Shown here one piece after another: positions 1 through 10,653 of a DNA stretch of 64,000 nt (position 1 is the first letter of the stretch; every line of letters starts with the position of its first letter). Both the position numbers and the translations under genes were made by a program. The stretch lies in the NCBI GenBank assembly GCA_009711765.1, contig VEND01000050.1, positions 8,502-72,501 on the forward strand, written 5' to 3'. This DNA is from Bacillota bacterium (GTDB lineage: Bacteria > Bacillota > Clostridia > Tissierellales > MES13). The notes under the pieces are model-generated. The model searched no databases and had not been told where the DNA came from. It saw only the letters and a program-made list of their open reading frames with translations.

Positions 1-1
1 A

Positions 2-853
2 AATCGCAATCCAAAAGTGATTGCATCTATGGCTGATAAAGATTTAGAAATAAAAGACTTAGTAAACAAAGGTGAACTTCTCACCCTAGGCAATGAAGAT
101 GCAAAAGAGTTAGGAATAAGTGACTTAACTGCTAATAGTCACAAAGAAATACTTAATAAATTTAATATGGAAAATAGCAATATTATTAATTTAAATAAAG
201 ATTTTAAAACTAAGATAGCTCAATTCATAGTTAATCCTTATATAGCTACATTTTTACTTTCTGTAGGTTTTATTGGACTTCTTATAGAGCTATTCACTCC
301 TGGTTTTGCAGCTGGAGGGACATTAAGTTTAATTGCATTTGCTTTATTTTTTGGAGGGAATTACTTAGCGGGCAACTCTACTTTAGGTAGCATTATTCTT
401 TTTATTGCAGGATTAATTTTAGTAATAATAGAATTAGGAATACCAGGTTTTGGTGTTCCTGGCATAGGAGGTATAGTTTGTGTAATAACAAGTATTGTTC
501 TAGCTTCTGGTTCTATAGAAACAGCGATATTATCCTTATCAATTGCTGTTATATTGACTATTGTTACTGCAGTATTATTAATTAAATATGGTGCAAGGAG
601 TCCATATTTAGATAAAATCATATTAAAAACAAAGCAGGAAAATGATAATGGCTATACTAGCATGCCTATGAAGGATAAATACCTAAATAAAAAAGGCATA
701 GCTTTAACTACATTAAGACCTGCAGGTACTATATTAATTAATGATGATAGAGTAGATGCTGTTACAGAAGGGGGGTATATTGAGAAAGGATGTAAGATTA
801 AAGTGATCAAGGTTCAAGGGACAAGAGTAGTTGTAAGGGAACATAAAGAATAA
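2..853 (+). CDS. NfeD-family membrane protein, C-terminal part (5' end lies upstream of the window)
   Basis: The frame is open from base 2 (NRNPKV...), so the GTG at 17 in the ORF track is probably internal. Several hydrophobic helices ([12 protein letters not shown] etc.) are followed by a soluble OB-like tail ([34 protein letters not shown]). It sits directly upstream of a flotillin gene, as in the nfeD-floA pairs. Confidence 0.8.
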   Translation, partial: NRNPKVIASMADKDLEIKDLVNKGELLTLGNEDAKELGISDLTANSHKEILNKFNMENSNIINLNKDFKTKIAQFIVNPYIATFLLSVGFIGLLIELFTPGFAAGGTLSLIAFALFFGGNYLAGNSTLGSIILFIAGLILVIIELGIPGFGVPGIGGIVCVITSIVLASGSIETAILSLSIAVILTIVTAVLLIKYGARSPYLDKIILKTKQENDNGYTSMPMKDKYLNKKGIALTTLRPAGTILINDDRVDAVTEGGYIEKGCKIKVIKVQGTRVVVREHKE

Positions 854-867
854 GGAGGTTTTATAAA

Positions 868-1851
868 ATGGGTTTTATACCTTTTGTAATTATTGCTGTT
901 GTAGTAGTTATATTTTTATTATTATTATTTACATTTATTCCAGTTGGTTTATGGATAACTGCATATTTTTCCGGTGTGAAAATAGGATTATTTACTTTAG
1001 TAGGAATGAGACTTAGAAGAGTTATACCTTCTAGAATAGTAAATCCATTAATTAAATCAACTAAAGCAGGAATAAGTTTAGGGGTTGATAAATTAGAGGC
1101 TCACTATCTAGCAGGTGGAGATGTAAATTCAGTTGTAGATGCTTTAATTGCTGCACAGAGGGCTAATATTGAATTACCTTTTGAAAGAGCTGCTGCTATA
1201 GATCTTGCAGGGCGTGAAGTTTTAGAAGCTGTACAAGTAAGTGTTAATCCAAAAGTAATAGAAACTCCTAAGGTAGCTGCTGTTGCTAAGGATGGTATAG
1301 AAGTAATGGTAAAAGCAAGGGTAACAGTTAGAGCAAATATCGAAAGATTAGTCGGTGGTGCAGGCGAAGAAACTATTATTGCTAGGGTAGGAGAAGGAAT
1401 AGTAACAACTGTAGGTAGTGCTGATAATCATAAAGCAGTATTAGAAAATCCAGATGGGATATCAAAAAATGTATTAGAGAAAGGATTAGATGCAGGAACA
1501 GCTTTTGAGATACTTTCTATAGATATAGCAGATGTAGATGTAGGAAGAAATATTGGTGCTCAATTACAGACTGATCAAGCTGATGCTGATAAGAGAATAG
1601 CTCAGGCAAAAGCTGAGGAAAGAAGGGCTATGGCTGTTGCTAGGGAACAAGAAATGAAAGCAGAAGTACAGTCAATGAGAGCTAAAGTTGTTGAGGCTGA
1701 GGCTGAAGTACCGTTAGCATTATCTAAAGCTTTAAATGATGGGAATTTAGGAGCAATGGATTATTATAACTTAAAAAATATATTAGCTGATACTGATATG
1801 AGAGATTCTATATCTAAAATCAATAAACCTAAAGATGAGGATAGTGAATAA
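868..1851 (+). CDS. floA: Flotillin-like protein FloA (SPFH domain, UPF0365/YqfA family)
   Basis: N-terminal TM helix, then a conserved SPFH body ([45 protein letters not shown]) and a coiled-coil Ala/Glu-rich tail. AAGGAGG lies upstream of the ATG. It follows nfeD. Confidence 0.9.
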   Translation: MGFIPFVIIAVVVVIFLLLLFTFIPVGLWITAYFSGVKIGLFTLVGMRLRRVIPSRIVNPLIKSTKAGISLGVDKLEAHYLAGGDVNSVVDALIAAQRANIELPFERAAAIDLAGREVLEAVQVSVNPKVIETPKVAAVAKDGIEVMVKARVTVRANIERLVGGAGEETIIARVGEGIVTTVGSADNHKAVLENPDGISKNVLEKGLDAGTAFEILSIDIADVDVGRNIGAQLQTDQADADKRIAQAKAEERRAMAVAREQEMKAEVQSMRAKVVEAEAEVPLALSKALNDGNLGAMDYYNLKNILADTDMRDSISKINKPKDEDSE

Positions 1852-1869
1852 TTTAAAGGAAGTGTTAAT

Positions 1870-2307
1870 GTGGATTTTAAAGATCTAATACCTTTATTGA
1901 TTTTTATTGGTATACCAGTATTAAAAAGTATCAAAGAAAAAAAAGAATTTAATAAAACAAATAAAACAAAAAAGGTCTCTGTTAATAGAGATATAAAACA
2001 AGCTAAAAATGATATAAATAATAAAAAAGTTACAAATATTGAACTGAAAGAAAATGATAAAAAAAGCATTAACAATTTAAATAAAGAACTAAATAATGAC
2101 TACAAATTTGATAAAGAAAATAAGATTGAATCTAAAGTACAAAAAAAAGGTAAAGAAACAATAAAAGATGAAATCAAAAAAAATGAAATTAGAGATAATA
2201 ATAATTTTGATTTAAGTTTTACAAAAGAAGAGTTAATAAAAGCAGTGGTTATGAAAGAAATATTATCTGAACCTAAAGCTTTAAATAAAGATAAATTAGA
2301 CATATAG
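1870..2307 (+). CDS. Membrane-anchored Lys/Asn/Glu-rich hypothetical protein (occupies the yqfB position after floA)
   Basis: GTG start preceded by AAAGGAAG. One N-terminal hydrophobic helix (LIPLLIFIGIPVL) is followed by a low-complexity charged body. No recognisable domain. It is followed by a strong terminator. Confidence 0.5.
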   Translation: MDFKDLIPLLIFIGIPVLKSIKEKKEFNKTNKTKKVSVNRDIKQAKNDINNKKVTNIELKENDKKSINNLNKELNNDYKFDKENKIESKVQKKGKETIKDEIKKNEIRDNNNFDLSFTKEELIKAVVMKEILSEPKALNKDKLDI

Positions 2308-2332
2308 TCTTAAGACTATATGTCTTTTTTTT
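2299..2332 (+). terminator. Rho-independent terminator of the nfeD-floA operon
   Basis: Perfect 11-bp stem GACATATAGTC / GACTATATGTC around TTAA, followed by T8. The stem overlaps the stop codon at 2305-2307. Confidence 0.85.
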
Positions 2333-2408
2333 AATAGCTAATAATTTGTTATTTAGTAATACAGGTAATAAAGTAAGCATAAATTTATTATAAAAGGAGG
2401 GCTATTAA

Positions 2409-2687
2409 GTGAATAAAAGGATGGATAATTTAAAAGGGAGTTTATCCGATATCTTAGAACTTCCTAAAGATATAATGCTTGATTTGCCTAGGATCACTAT
2501 GATTGGCAATTTACAACTTTATATAGAAAATCATAAAGGAATTATTGAGTATAACAAACAAAGAATTAGAATAAACACCAAAGACGGTATCATTAGAATA
2601 ATAGGTAAAAATTTAGTAATAAAAACAATAGTAACAGAAGAAATCTTAATCATTGGAGAAATTGATCAAGTAGAATTTTCTGAATAA
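2409..2687 (+). CDS. yqfC: Sporulation protein YqfC
   Basis: 92 aa with YabP/YqfC-like sequence ([32 protein letters not shown]...). GTG start after AAAGGAGGG. It is followed by yqfD, as in Bacillus. Confidence 0.85.
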   Translation: MNKRMDNLKGSLSDILELPKDIMLDLPRITMIGNLQLYIENHKGIIEYNKQRIRINTKDGIIRIIGKNLVIKTIVTEEILIIGEIDQVEFSE

Positions 2688-2690
2688 GGG

Positions 2691-3905
2691 GTGTCGAAAT
2701 TGCTCGTTATAAGATTATGGAATTATTTACGTGGATATGTTATTATTAAGGTTGAGGGATTAACCCTTGAACGGTTTATTAACCTTGCTATTACAAAGGA
2801 TATATACCTATGGGATATTTATAGACATGATTATACTACTCTTGAGGCAAAGGTTAGTATAAAGGGATTTAAAGCTTTAAGAAATGTTATGAAAAAAGTA
2901 GGGTGTAGGTCAAATATAATTGAAAAAAAAGGATTTCCATTTTTAATCCATAGGTTTAAGTATAGAAAAATGTTAGCCTTTGGATTTATTGTTTCACTAG
3001 GGATAATCTTTTTTTTGACTTCTTTTATATGGACTGTGGATATAGTTTCTAATGGAGAAATAAGAGAAGATTATTTATTAGAATTTTTAAAAAAGAATAA
3101 TGTAAAGCCGGGAATTAAAAAAAATGAAGTAAAAATAAATAATATAGAAAGAATGCTTTTAGAAAGTATGGATACATTATCATATGTACATGCTGATATT
3201 GTAGGAACTAAATTATTGATTGAAGTTAAAAAAAGGGATGAAATACCTAAAAGGGTAAATAAAAATATACCTTGTAATATAATAGCCGATAAAAAGGCAG
3301 TCATAGAAAAAGTCATAGCAAAGAATGGGAAGGCAGAGGTAGAAAAAGGTGACATAGTAAAGAAAGGACAGATTTTAATAAGTGGAGTTTTAAAAGATGA
3401 AAGAATGGAAAATCCATTGTTAGTACACTCTGAAGGTGACATTTTAGCAAGGACATATTACAAAAAAATAATAAAGGAACCAATAGTTAAAACTATAAAA
3501 GAAGAAACGGGGAAAAAATTTGTTACTAAGGAGACAAAAATAGGTGATAAAAGAATACATATGATTGATGGAGACATACCATTTAAACATTATAAAGAAA
3601 TAATAACAAATAAAAAAGTTTTTGACTCTAAAGTGGTAGATATACCTATAGAAATTATTAAACATGAATATAGAGAAGTGAATTTAAAGAAAGTAACTAG
3701 AAATGTTGATTCGTTAAAAAAAATTAGTAGCATAGAAGGAACAAAAATTCTTATGGAGGAATTACCTAAGGGTATAAAGGTTATTTCTAAAGATGTTAGA
3801 TATTCAATTGAAGATAATATATTAACAACAACTATAAATATTGAAGTTATAGAGGAAATAGGAAAAAAAGAAGAAATAAAATATAATTATAATAAGGAGG
3901 ATTAA
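2691..3905 (+). CDS. yqfD: Sporulation protein YqfD (stage IV sporulation-like)
   Basis: 404 aa with the typical N-terminus (LWNYLRGYVIIKVEGLTLERFINLA), one central TM helix, and a position between yqfC and phoH. Confidence 0.85.
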   Translation: MSKLLVIRLWNYLRGYVIIKVEGLTLERFINLAITKDIYLWDIYRHDYTTLEAKVSIKGFKALRNVMKKVGCRSNIIEKKGFPFLIHRFKYRKMLAFGFIVSLGIIFFLTSFIWTVDIVSNGEIREDYLLEFLKKNNVKPGIKKNEVKINNIERMLLESMDTLSYVHADIVGTKLLIEVKKRDEIPKRVNKNIPCNIIADKKAVIEKVIAKNGKAEVEKGDIVKKGQILISGVLKDERMENPLLVHSEGDILARTYYKKIIKEPIVKTIKEETGKKFVTKETKIGDKRIHMIDGDIPFKHYKEIITNKKVFDSKVVDIPIEIIKHEYREVNLKKVTRNVDSLKKISSIEGTKILMEELPKGIKVISKDVRYSIEDNILTTTINIEVIEEIGKKEEIKYNYNKED

Positions 3906-3906
3906 C

Positions 3907-4872
3907 TTGACACAAGAAACCAAGGAGAAACGACTTAAAATAGAAGGGGAAGACTTTACTAAAGAATTGTTTGGTAACTTTGATGAAAATATTAAAATTA
4001 TAGAAAAGGAATTTGATATAGATATAGCTTCTAGAGATGGAGTTATAAGGATTATAGGGAATGAACCTAATATTACTTTAGCAAAAAAATGTATGCTTAA
4101 ATTGAAAGATATTTTAGACAATGAAGGAAAATTAACTAAGCATAATGTTAGATATGCTATTAAATTAATATATGAAGGTCAAGAACATAAAGTAAAAAAT
4201 CTATTAGATGATACGATTTGTATAACAGCTTCAGGAAAAAGTTTAAAACCTAAGACTCTAGGTCAAAAGAGATATATTGACGCAGTTAGATCAAATGACG
4301 TAGTTTTTGGTATAGGACCTGCAGGAACAGGTAAAACATATTTAGCCGTAGCTATGGCTATAAAAGCTTTTAAAAATAATGAAGTAGATAGAATAATTCT
4401 AACTAGACCAGCAGTAGAAGCTGGAGAAAAATTAGGTTTCTTACCAGGAGACCTTCAAGATAAAGTAGATCCTTATCTAAGACCATTATATGATGCGTTA
4501 TTTGATATACTTGGAGCTGAGTCTTTTTTAAAGCAAAGAGAAAGAGGTTTAATAGAGATAGCTCCTTTAGCATATATGAGGGGGAGAACACTTGATTCAG
4601 CCTTTGTGATTTTAGATGAAGCACAAAATACAACTAAAGAACAGATGAAAATGTTTTTAACCAGATTAGGCTTTGGATCTAAGGCTATAATTACAGGTGA
4701 TGTAACTCAAATAGACTTACCCCGAGGAAAAAAATCAGGATTAAAGCAAGTATCAAAGATTTTAAATAATATTGATGGAATAGAGTTTATTTATCTTAAT
4801 AAATCAGATGTAGTTAGACATAAATTAGTTCAAAATATTATTGAAGCATATGAAAAACATGAAAAAAAGTAA
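3907..4872 (+). CDS. phoH: PhoH-family ATPase
   Basis: Walker A GPAGTGKTYLAVAMA, Walker B FVILDEAQN and a KH-like N-terminal region. TTG start. Confidence 0.9.
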   Translation: MTQETKEKRLKIEGEDFTKELFGNFDENIKIIEKEFDIDIASRDGVIRIIGNEPNITLAKKCMLKLKDILDNEGKLTKHNVRYAIKLIYEGQEHKVKNLLDDTICITASGKSLKPKTLGQKRYIDAVRSNDVVFGIGPAGTGKTYLAVAMAIKAFKNNEVDRIILTRPAVEAGEKLGFLPGDLQDKVDPYLRPLYDALFDILGAESFLKQRERGLIEIAPLAYMRGRTLDSAFVILDEAQNTTKEQMKMFLTRLGFGSKAIITGDVTQIDLPRGKKSGLKQVSKILNNIDGIEFIYLNKSDVVRHKLVQNIIEAYEKHEKK

Positions 4873-4897
4873 CTCTTAAGTATAGGGGGGGAAAGTT

Positions 4898-6985
4898 ATG
4901 CCTTTTAATAATACAAATAAAAAGGACAAACTATCTAATTTCATAAAAGAATTTTTTAATAGGTTATTAATAAAGCAAATTTTAGTTTTTGTTATTTTTA
5001 CGGGGCTGTTATTTACTTTAATTGTAAATAATATAGCACCTGAAAAAATTAGTGTTCAAGTAGGTGAGTTTGCTCCAAAGGATATAAGAGCTACTAAAGA
5101 CATTATAGATAAGAAAACTACAGAGGATTTAAAAAAAGAGGCAATGGAGAAAGTAGAACCTAGGCATAGGGTAGATCCTTCTATACAAGTTAAAGTAAAA
5201 AATGAGATAAGAAATTTCTTTAATCTAGTATATAATTTATCCGATAATGAAAAGGATATAAATTTAAAAATGATAGAACAAGAAAGTTTAATAAATATCA
5301 CTGAAAAAGATTATATGACTTTATTAAATACAGAAAATAAACAATTACAAAAGCTTGAAACATACGTATATGAAATAGTTAATCAGATAATGGGTACAGG
5401 GATTAAGGAGGAAGAAATAAACTTTGAAAAGGAAAATGTAAGTAAGATATTTAATAATTTAGAGGATATTCCTAAGGATTTAAAGTTAATAGGAGAAAAA
5501 ACAATTAAGCAAACATTAAAACCTAATAGATTTTTAGATACAGAAACTACAAAAGAAAAGAGAATGAAAGCAGCAAATGAAGTTGAATCTGTTGTTATAA
5601 AAAAAGGACAATTGATAGTTAGACAAGGAGAGCAAGTTACTCAAAGGAGCTTAGAGTTAATAAAGAGTACTGGGCTTTTAAAAGAAAGTAGTAACTTTGA
5701 TTATAAAATAATTTTAGGTTCTATTTTAATAGTTATTATTTTTGAATTAATAATTATTGGATATTTATATATTCTTGATAAAGAGATACTTAAAAATATT
5801 AAAAAAATTACTATGTTATCAATAATTATTTTGTCAATTATTGTTATATCTAAAACAGTTTATAATATATCACCTTACTTACTTCCAGTATCTGCAGCCG
5901 CGATGTTAATATCAATATTAACTAACCCTAAACTTTCAATATTGCTAAATTTTGTTATAGTATTAATAATTGGGTTAATTACTGGTAATGATATTAATGT
6001 TGTTACAATGTGCATGATAGGAGGAATAATAGCATCAATAGGGGTTATTAAAACTAATCATAGACATAACTTATTTATTGTAGGTTTTGTTGTTGGGTTA
6101 GTAAATATAGGGGTGATATTATCCTTTGGTCTTATTGATGATTTAGGATTTAAAATAATGTTATCAAAATGTATATATGGAATGCTTAATGGTGTATTTA
6201 GTGCCATATTAACTATAGGATCACTACCACTTTGGGAAGGCTTATTTGGTATAATTACTCCACTTAAATTATTAGAACTATCTAATCCTAATCATCCATT
6301 ACAGAAAAAATTATTATTAGAAGCACCAGGTACTTATCATCATAGTATTGTAGTTGGAAATTTAAGTGAAGCAGCAGCAGAAGCTGTAGGGGGAAATTCA
6401 CTTATAGCAAGGGCTGGGGCTTATTATCATGATGTAGGGAAATTAAAAAGACCATATTTCTTTAGAGAAAATCAATTGAATAATGTCAATCCCCACGATA
6501 AGATTAATCCAAATTTAAGTTCTTTAATAATTATAAACCACACAAAAAATGGTGTTGATATGGCTAAGAAATACAACTTACCTAAGGTAATTGAAAATAT
6601 AATTAGAGAACACCATGGCAATACTTTAGTTGCTTACTTTTATCATAAAGCTTTAAATAGTGATAATTCTAATTTAATTCAAGAAGAAAGTTTTAGATAT
6701 AAAGGACCTAAACCACAGTCAAAGGAATCAGCAATAATAATGCTAGCAGATTCAGTAGAAGCAGCAGTAAGATCTATGCAAGAACCTACAAAGGGAAAAA
6801 TTGAAGGTAAAGTTAGAGAGATTATAAAAGATAAATTAGAGGATGGTCAGTTAGATGAATGTGATTTAACATTGAAAGATTTAAATACTATTGCAAAGTC
6901 TTTTTTAAACATCCTTATTGGAATATTTCATGAAAGAATTGAATATCCAAAACTTGATTTAAGTGAACTAAAAGGAGGGGTTTAA
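4898..6985 (+). CDS. pgpH: 7TM-receptor/HD-domain phosphohydrolase (PgpH/YqfF family, cyclic-di-AMP phosphodiesterase-like)
   Basis: Extracellular N-terminal domain, a multi-TM block, then a C-terminal HD domain (HHSIVVGNL...AYYHDVGK...HHGNTLV). Conserved phoH-yqfF-ybeY order. Confidence 0.85.
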   Translation: MPFNNTNKKDKLSNFIKEFFNRLLIKQILVFVIFTGLLFTLIVNNIAPEKISVQVGEFAPKDIRATKDIIDKKTTEDLKKEAMEKVEPRHRVDPSIQVKVKNEIRNFFNLVYNLSDNEKDINLKMIEQESLINITEKDYMTLLNTENKQLQKLETYVYEIVNQIMGTGIKEEEINFEKENVSKIFNNLEDIPKDLKLIGEKTIKQTLKPNRFLDTETTKEKRMKAANEVESVVIKKGQLIVRQGEQVTQRSLELIKSTGLLKESSNFDYKIILGSILIVIIFELIIIGYLYILDKEILKNIKKITMLSIIILSIIVISKTVYNISPYLLPVSAAAMLISILTNPKLSILLNFVIVLIIGLITGNDINVVTMCMIGGIIASIGVIKTNHRHNLFIVGFVVGLVNIGVILSFGLIDDLGFKIMLSKCIYGMLNGVFSAILTIGSLPLWEGLFGIITPLKLLELSNPNHPLQKKLLLEAPGTYHHSIVVGNLSEAAAEAVGGNSLIARAGAYYHDVGKLKRPYFFRENQLNNVNPHDKINPNLSSLIIINHTKNGVDMAKKYNLPKVIENIIREHHGNTLVAYFYHKALNSDNSNLIQEESFRYKGPKPQSKESAIIMLADSVEAAVRSMQEPTKGKIEGKVREIIKDKLEDGQLDECDLTLKDLNTIAKSFLNILIGIFHERIEYPKLDLSELKGGV

Positions 6986-7450
6986 GTGGAAATTTTAATT
7001 GATAATAGACAAGATAAAATTAATATAGATACAGATATTGAACAAGCTATAAAATTAGTTATAAAACGTTGTCTTGAATATGAGAATGTGGATATAAATT
7101 ATGAAGTTAGTGTTTCCATTGTAAATAATGATGAAATAAAGGAATTAAATAAAAGATTTAGAAAAAAAGATACACCTACTGATGTTTTATCCTTTCCTAT
7201 GATAGATGATGACATGATAAAAGATCAAGTACCAATTTTAGGAGACATTGTGATATCAGCTGAAAAAGCTTTAGAACAATCTAAGGAATTTAATCATTCA
7301 TTTAAAAGGGAAATTTCATATTTAACAGCCCATAGTGTTTTTCACTTGTTAGGTTATGATCATTCACATGAAGAGGAAAAAAGTATTATGAGAGAAAAGG
7401 AAAAGTCCATTATGAAAAGTTTAAAAATATTTAAAGATACTTCATGTTAA
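6986..7450 (+). CDS. ybeY: rRNA maturation endoribonuclease YbeY
   Basis: Zinc motif HSVFHLLGYDH. 154 aa. GTG start abutting the pgpH stop. Confidence 0.9.
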   Translation: MEILIDNRQDKINIDTDIEQAIKLVIKRCLEYENVDINYEVSVSIVNNDEIKELNKRFRKKDTPTDVLSFPMIDDDMIKDQVPILGDIVISAEKALEQSKEFNHSFKREISYLTAHSVFHLLGYDHSHEEEKSIMREKEKSIMKSLKIFKDTSC

Positions 7451-7485
7451 ATGAGGGTAATTATATTAAATAGATAAAGGTGTTA

Positions 7486-8187
7486 ATGATGAAAGTAAGG
7501 AAATTAATAGATAGTTTTAATTATGCAGTTGATGGGATTATATATACACTTAAAACTCAAAGAAATATGAGAATACATTTCTTTGCAGCATTTTTAGTAT
7601 TGATAATAAGTTTATTTTTTGATTTTAATCGTGTGGAATTATTGATACTTTTTCTTACTATTTCTATAGTAATAATAGCAGAGATGATTAATACTGCTAT
7701 AGAAAAAACTATAGATATAATAACTAAGGACTATCATCCACTGGCTAAAATTGCAAAAAATGTTGCTGCGGGTGCTGTGTTAATAGCAGCAGGAAATGCT
7801 ATTGTAGTAGCATATTTATTATTATTTGACAGGTTTAATCCATATACACAGCTTATTATAACAAGATTAAAACAATCACCAATACATATAACGTTCATTA
7901 GTATAATACTGGTTATTATTTTAATAGTATCAATAAAATCCTTAACCCACGAGGGTACTCCCTTTAAAGGAGGTATAGCCAGTGGACATGCAGCAATTGC
8001 CTTTTCAACTGCTACTGCAATAACTTTTATAGCTGAGAGTACTTTAGTAGCTACATTAAGTTTTTTTATTGCTATTTTAGTAGCACAGAGTAGAATAGAA
8101 GGGAAAATACATACAACAATTCAAGTATTATCAGGAGCTATTGTAGGCATTTTATTGACTGTTTTAGTTTTTCAAGTAATTAGTTAG
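7486..8187 (+). CDS. dgkA: Diacylglycerol/undecaprenol kinase (DgkA) fused to a PAP2-like lipid phosphatase half
   Basis: The N-terminal ~115 aa carry DgkA motifs (AEMINTAIEKTIDII, AKNVAAGAVL). The C-terminal ~115 aa carry PAP2 motifs C2 (ASGH) and C3 (SRIEGKIHTTIQ). The start is placed at ATG 7486, 5 nt after AAAGG. The ORF track starts at GTG 7480. Confidence 0.8.
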   Translation: MMKVRKLIDSFNYAVDGIIYTLKTQRNMRIHFFAAFLVLIISLFFDFNRVELLILFLTISIVIIAEMINTAIEKTIDIITKDYHPLAKIAKNVAAGAVLIAAGNAIVVAYLLLFDRFNPYTQLIITRLKQSPIHITFISIILVIILIVSIKSLTHEGTPFKGGIASGHAAIAFSTATAITFIAESTLVATLSFFIAILVAQSRIEGKIHTTIQVLSGAIVGILLTVLVFQVIS

Positions 8188-8211
8188 TTACAGATATCAG
8201 GAGGGATAATT

Positions 8212-9486
8212 TTGTCAGATATTGACTTTTATTATAGAGTAGTTATTTTGTTTATATTACTTATATTATCAGGAGTTTTTTCAAGTTCAGAAACAGCAAT
8301 GACTGCAATTAATATAGCTAGAATAAAACAGTTAAAAGAAAAAGATGAAAAAACAGCAAATGTTTTAGAAAGATTAAAAAAAGAATTAAATACAATATTA
8401 GCAACAATACTTATAGGGAACAATTTAGTTAATATAGCTGCCACTGCAATATTGACAGAATTAACAGTAGAAATGTTTGGTCAAAGTGGAACTTTGGTAG
8501 CAACTGGTATTATGACTACATTAATATTAATATTTGGTGAAATCACTCCAAAAACATATGCAGCTCAAAATCCAGAAAAGTTAGCTACAAAGGTAGGAAG
8601 ACCATTAGAGATGCTTTCAATTGTTTTTAAACCTATATTAATACTTTTAAATGGTATAACAAATTTTATTTTGAAAATATTTGGTGGAGAGGATTCAAAA
8701 AATAGTCCATTTGTAACTGAAGAAGACATAAGATCTTGGGTTGATGTAGGAGAAGAAGAAGGAGTAGTTAAGCATCAGGCTAAGGAAATGATAGAAGGGG
8801 TTTTCGAAATAGATGATATAGATGTAACTGAAGTTATGATACCTAGGATAGATGTTAATGCAATATCAAAGGATAAATCTTTAAAAGATGCATTAGATTT
8901 AATCATAACATATGGACATTCAAGGATTCCTATCTATAGTGATACTATAGATGATATTGTTGGTATACTTTATGCTAAGGATATATTACCCTTTGTGAAT
9001 GCAGATAATAGTGTTATAAAAGGAAAAACAATATCTAGTTTAATGAGACCTGCATATTATGTTCCAGAAACAAAGAAGGTAAATAAATTATTAAGAGAAT
9101 TACAACAGCAAAAAATACATATGGCTATTGTTTTAGACGAATATGGAGGTACTGAAGGACTAGTTACAATTGAAGATATTTTAGAAGAAATTGTTGGTGA
9201 CATATTAGATGAATATGATAATGAAATAGACTTGTATGAAAAAATAGATGATAATGTATATTTAGTTAAAGCTGAAATTTCATTAGAGGATTTTAATGAT
9301 TTATTTACTACAGAGTTACCAGAAAATGAGTTTGACTCATTAGGAGGTTTTATTTTTAGTAATCTAGGTAGAGTACCGGTAAAAGAAGACTTTATAGAAT
9401 ACAACTATATGGTAATAACTGTTAAAGAAGTCTCTAATAGAAGAATAAAAAAAGTAGAGATTAAATTTAAAGGAAAAAACAAATAG
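8212..9486 (+). CDS. CNNM/HlyC-CorC family transporter-associated protein (DUF21 + CBS pair + CorC_HlyC)
   Basis: N-terminal 4-TM DUF21 region, a CBS pair (VMIPRIDV...HSRIPIY) and a C-terminal CorC/HlyC domain. TTG start after CAGGAGGG. Confidence 0.85.
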   Translation: MSDIDFYYRVVILFILLILSGVFSSSETAMTAINIARIKQLKEKDEKTANVLERLKKELNTILATILIGNNLVNIAATAILTELTVEMFGQSGTLVATGIMTTLILIFGEITPKTYAAQNPEKLATKVGRPLEMLSIVFKPILILLNGITNFILKIFGGEDSKNSPFVTEEDIRSWVDVGEEEGVVKHQAKEMIEGVFEIDDIDVTEVMIPRIDVNAISKDKSLKDALDLIITYGHSRIPIYSDTIDDIVGILYAKDILPFVNADNSVIKGKTISSLMRPAYYVPETKKVNKLLRELQQQKIHMAIVLDEYGGTEGLVTIEDILEEIVGDILDEYDNEIDLYEKIDDNVYLVKAEISLEDFNDLFTTELPENEFDSLGGFIFSNLGRVPVKEDFIEYNYMVITVKEVSNRRIKKVEIKFKGKNK

Positions 9487-9506
9487 GTTTTATTGGGGGA
9501 AAAGAT

Positions 9507-10643
9507 ATGAAAAAGAAAATATTATTATTTTTAATGATAATTACATTAGTTCTTACTTTAATAGCATGTAATAAAAGTGAACCTGTTAATAAAGAAAAGG
9601 AAATTAATAAAGTAACTGAAGAAAATAAAGATGATTCTAAAGAAAATAAAAAGAAGGAAAGAAAAGAAGAAACTGCACTAGAGAGTAAGGAAAATGAAGA
9701 GAAAAAAGATGAAGAAGAAAAAAGAAAAGATACTACTAAAAAAGAAGGAATACAATCTCCACTAAGCGGTTTATATGATACTAAAGAGAAAATAGATAGA
9801 AGAATAGTTGCAATTATGTTTGATAATCAAAAATATGCAAGATGGCAGTCAGGGTTAAGTAAAGCTGAAGTAGTTTATGAGATGCTTGTAGAGGGTAATA
9901 TTACAAGGTATATGGGTTTATTTTTAAAAAACGATCCTGAATTAATTGGACCTGTAAGAAGTGCGAGACCTTACTTTATAACAGCTTTATTACAATATGA
10001 TCCTTTATATGTAAGATGCGGAGGAAGTCCCCAGGCTAAAAAAGATGTTAATAATTTAAAAATTGCAGATGTAGATGGATTAGCAGCCCCTGGATATTTG
10101 TTTCAAAGATATAATGAGACTGGAAAAAAGAAACCACATAACTTATATACAGGAATGAGTAAAATAAGAAAATATCAAAGTGCTAGAAATTATAGAGAAG
10201 AAAGTAGTTTTGATGGTTTTAAATTTAATAGTCAAGATAATGATATAAAAGGTGTTAATGCTGAAACAGTATTAATAAAATATTCTTCTAGAAATACTAC
10301 TAAATATGTATATGATACTGAAAAGAAAAAATATAAAAGGTATAAAGATAGAAAAGAACATATTGATGAGTATGATAAGGAACAATTGTATGCTAAAAAT
10401 ATTATAATTCAAAAGGCTAAGACTAAAGTTATTGATAGTATTGGAAGATTAGATATTGAATTAATAGGAAAAGGTAAAGCTATATATATTACAAATGGAA
10501 AAGCAACTGAGATAACATGGAAAAAAGAAAACAGAGACTCTAGAACAATATATTATAATAAGGATGGTTCACAGCTAAAATTAAATCCAGGAATAACTTG
10601 GATTCAAGTAACTAAATTTAAACCGAATATTAGTATAAAGTAG
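9507..10643 (+). CDS. DUF3048-family lipoprotein (YerB-like)
   Basis: Lipobox LTLIAC, a Lys/Glu-rich linker, then a conserved body (SPLSGL...RRIVAIMFDNQKYARWQSGLSKAEVVYEMLVEGNITRYMGLF). Confidence 0.75.
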   Translation: MKKKILLFLMIITLVLTLIACNKSEPVNKEKEINKVTEENKDDSKENKKKERKEETALESKENEEKKDEEEKRKDTTKKEGIQSPLSGLYDTKEKIDRRIVAIMFDNQKYARWQSGLSKAEVVYEMLVEGNITRYMGLFLKNDPELIGPVRSARPYFITALLQYDPLYVRCGGSPQAKKDVNNLKIADVDGLAAPGYLFQRYNETGKKKPHNLYTGMSKIRKYQSARNYREESSFDGFKFNSQDNDIKGVNAETVLIKYSSRNTTKYVYDTEKKKYKRYKDRKEHIDEYDKEQLYAKNIIIQKAKTKVIDSIGRLDIELIGKGKAIYITNGKATEITWKKENRDSRTIYYNKDGSQLKLNPGITWIQVTKFKPNISIK

Positions 10644-10653
10644 GAGGAAAAAT

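Noticed and set aside
4885-4891. Homopolymeric G tracts forming ribosome-binding sites (G7 before pgpH at 4885-4891; G6 before yunB at 47398-47403), considered as possible phase-variable SDs.
   Set aside because: The tracts are short. These are conserved housekeeping and sporulation genes for which phase variation is implausible. A G-rich SD is the simpler explanation.
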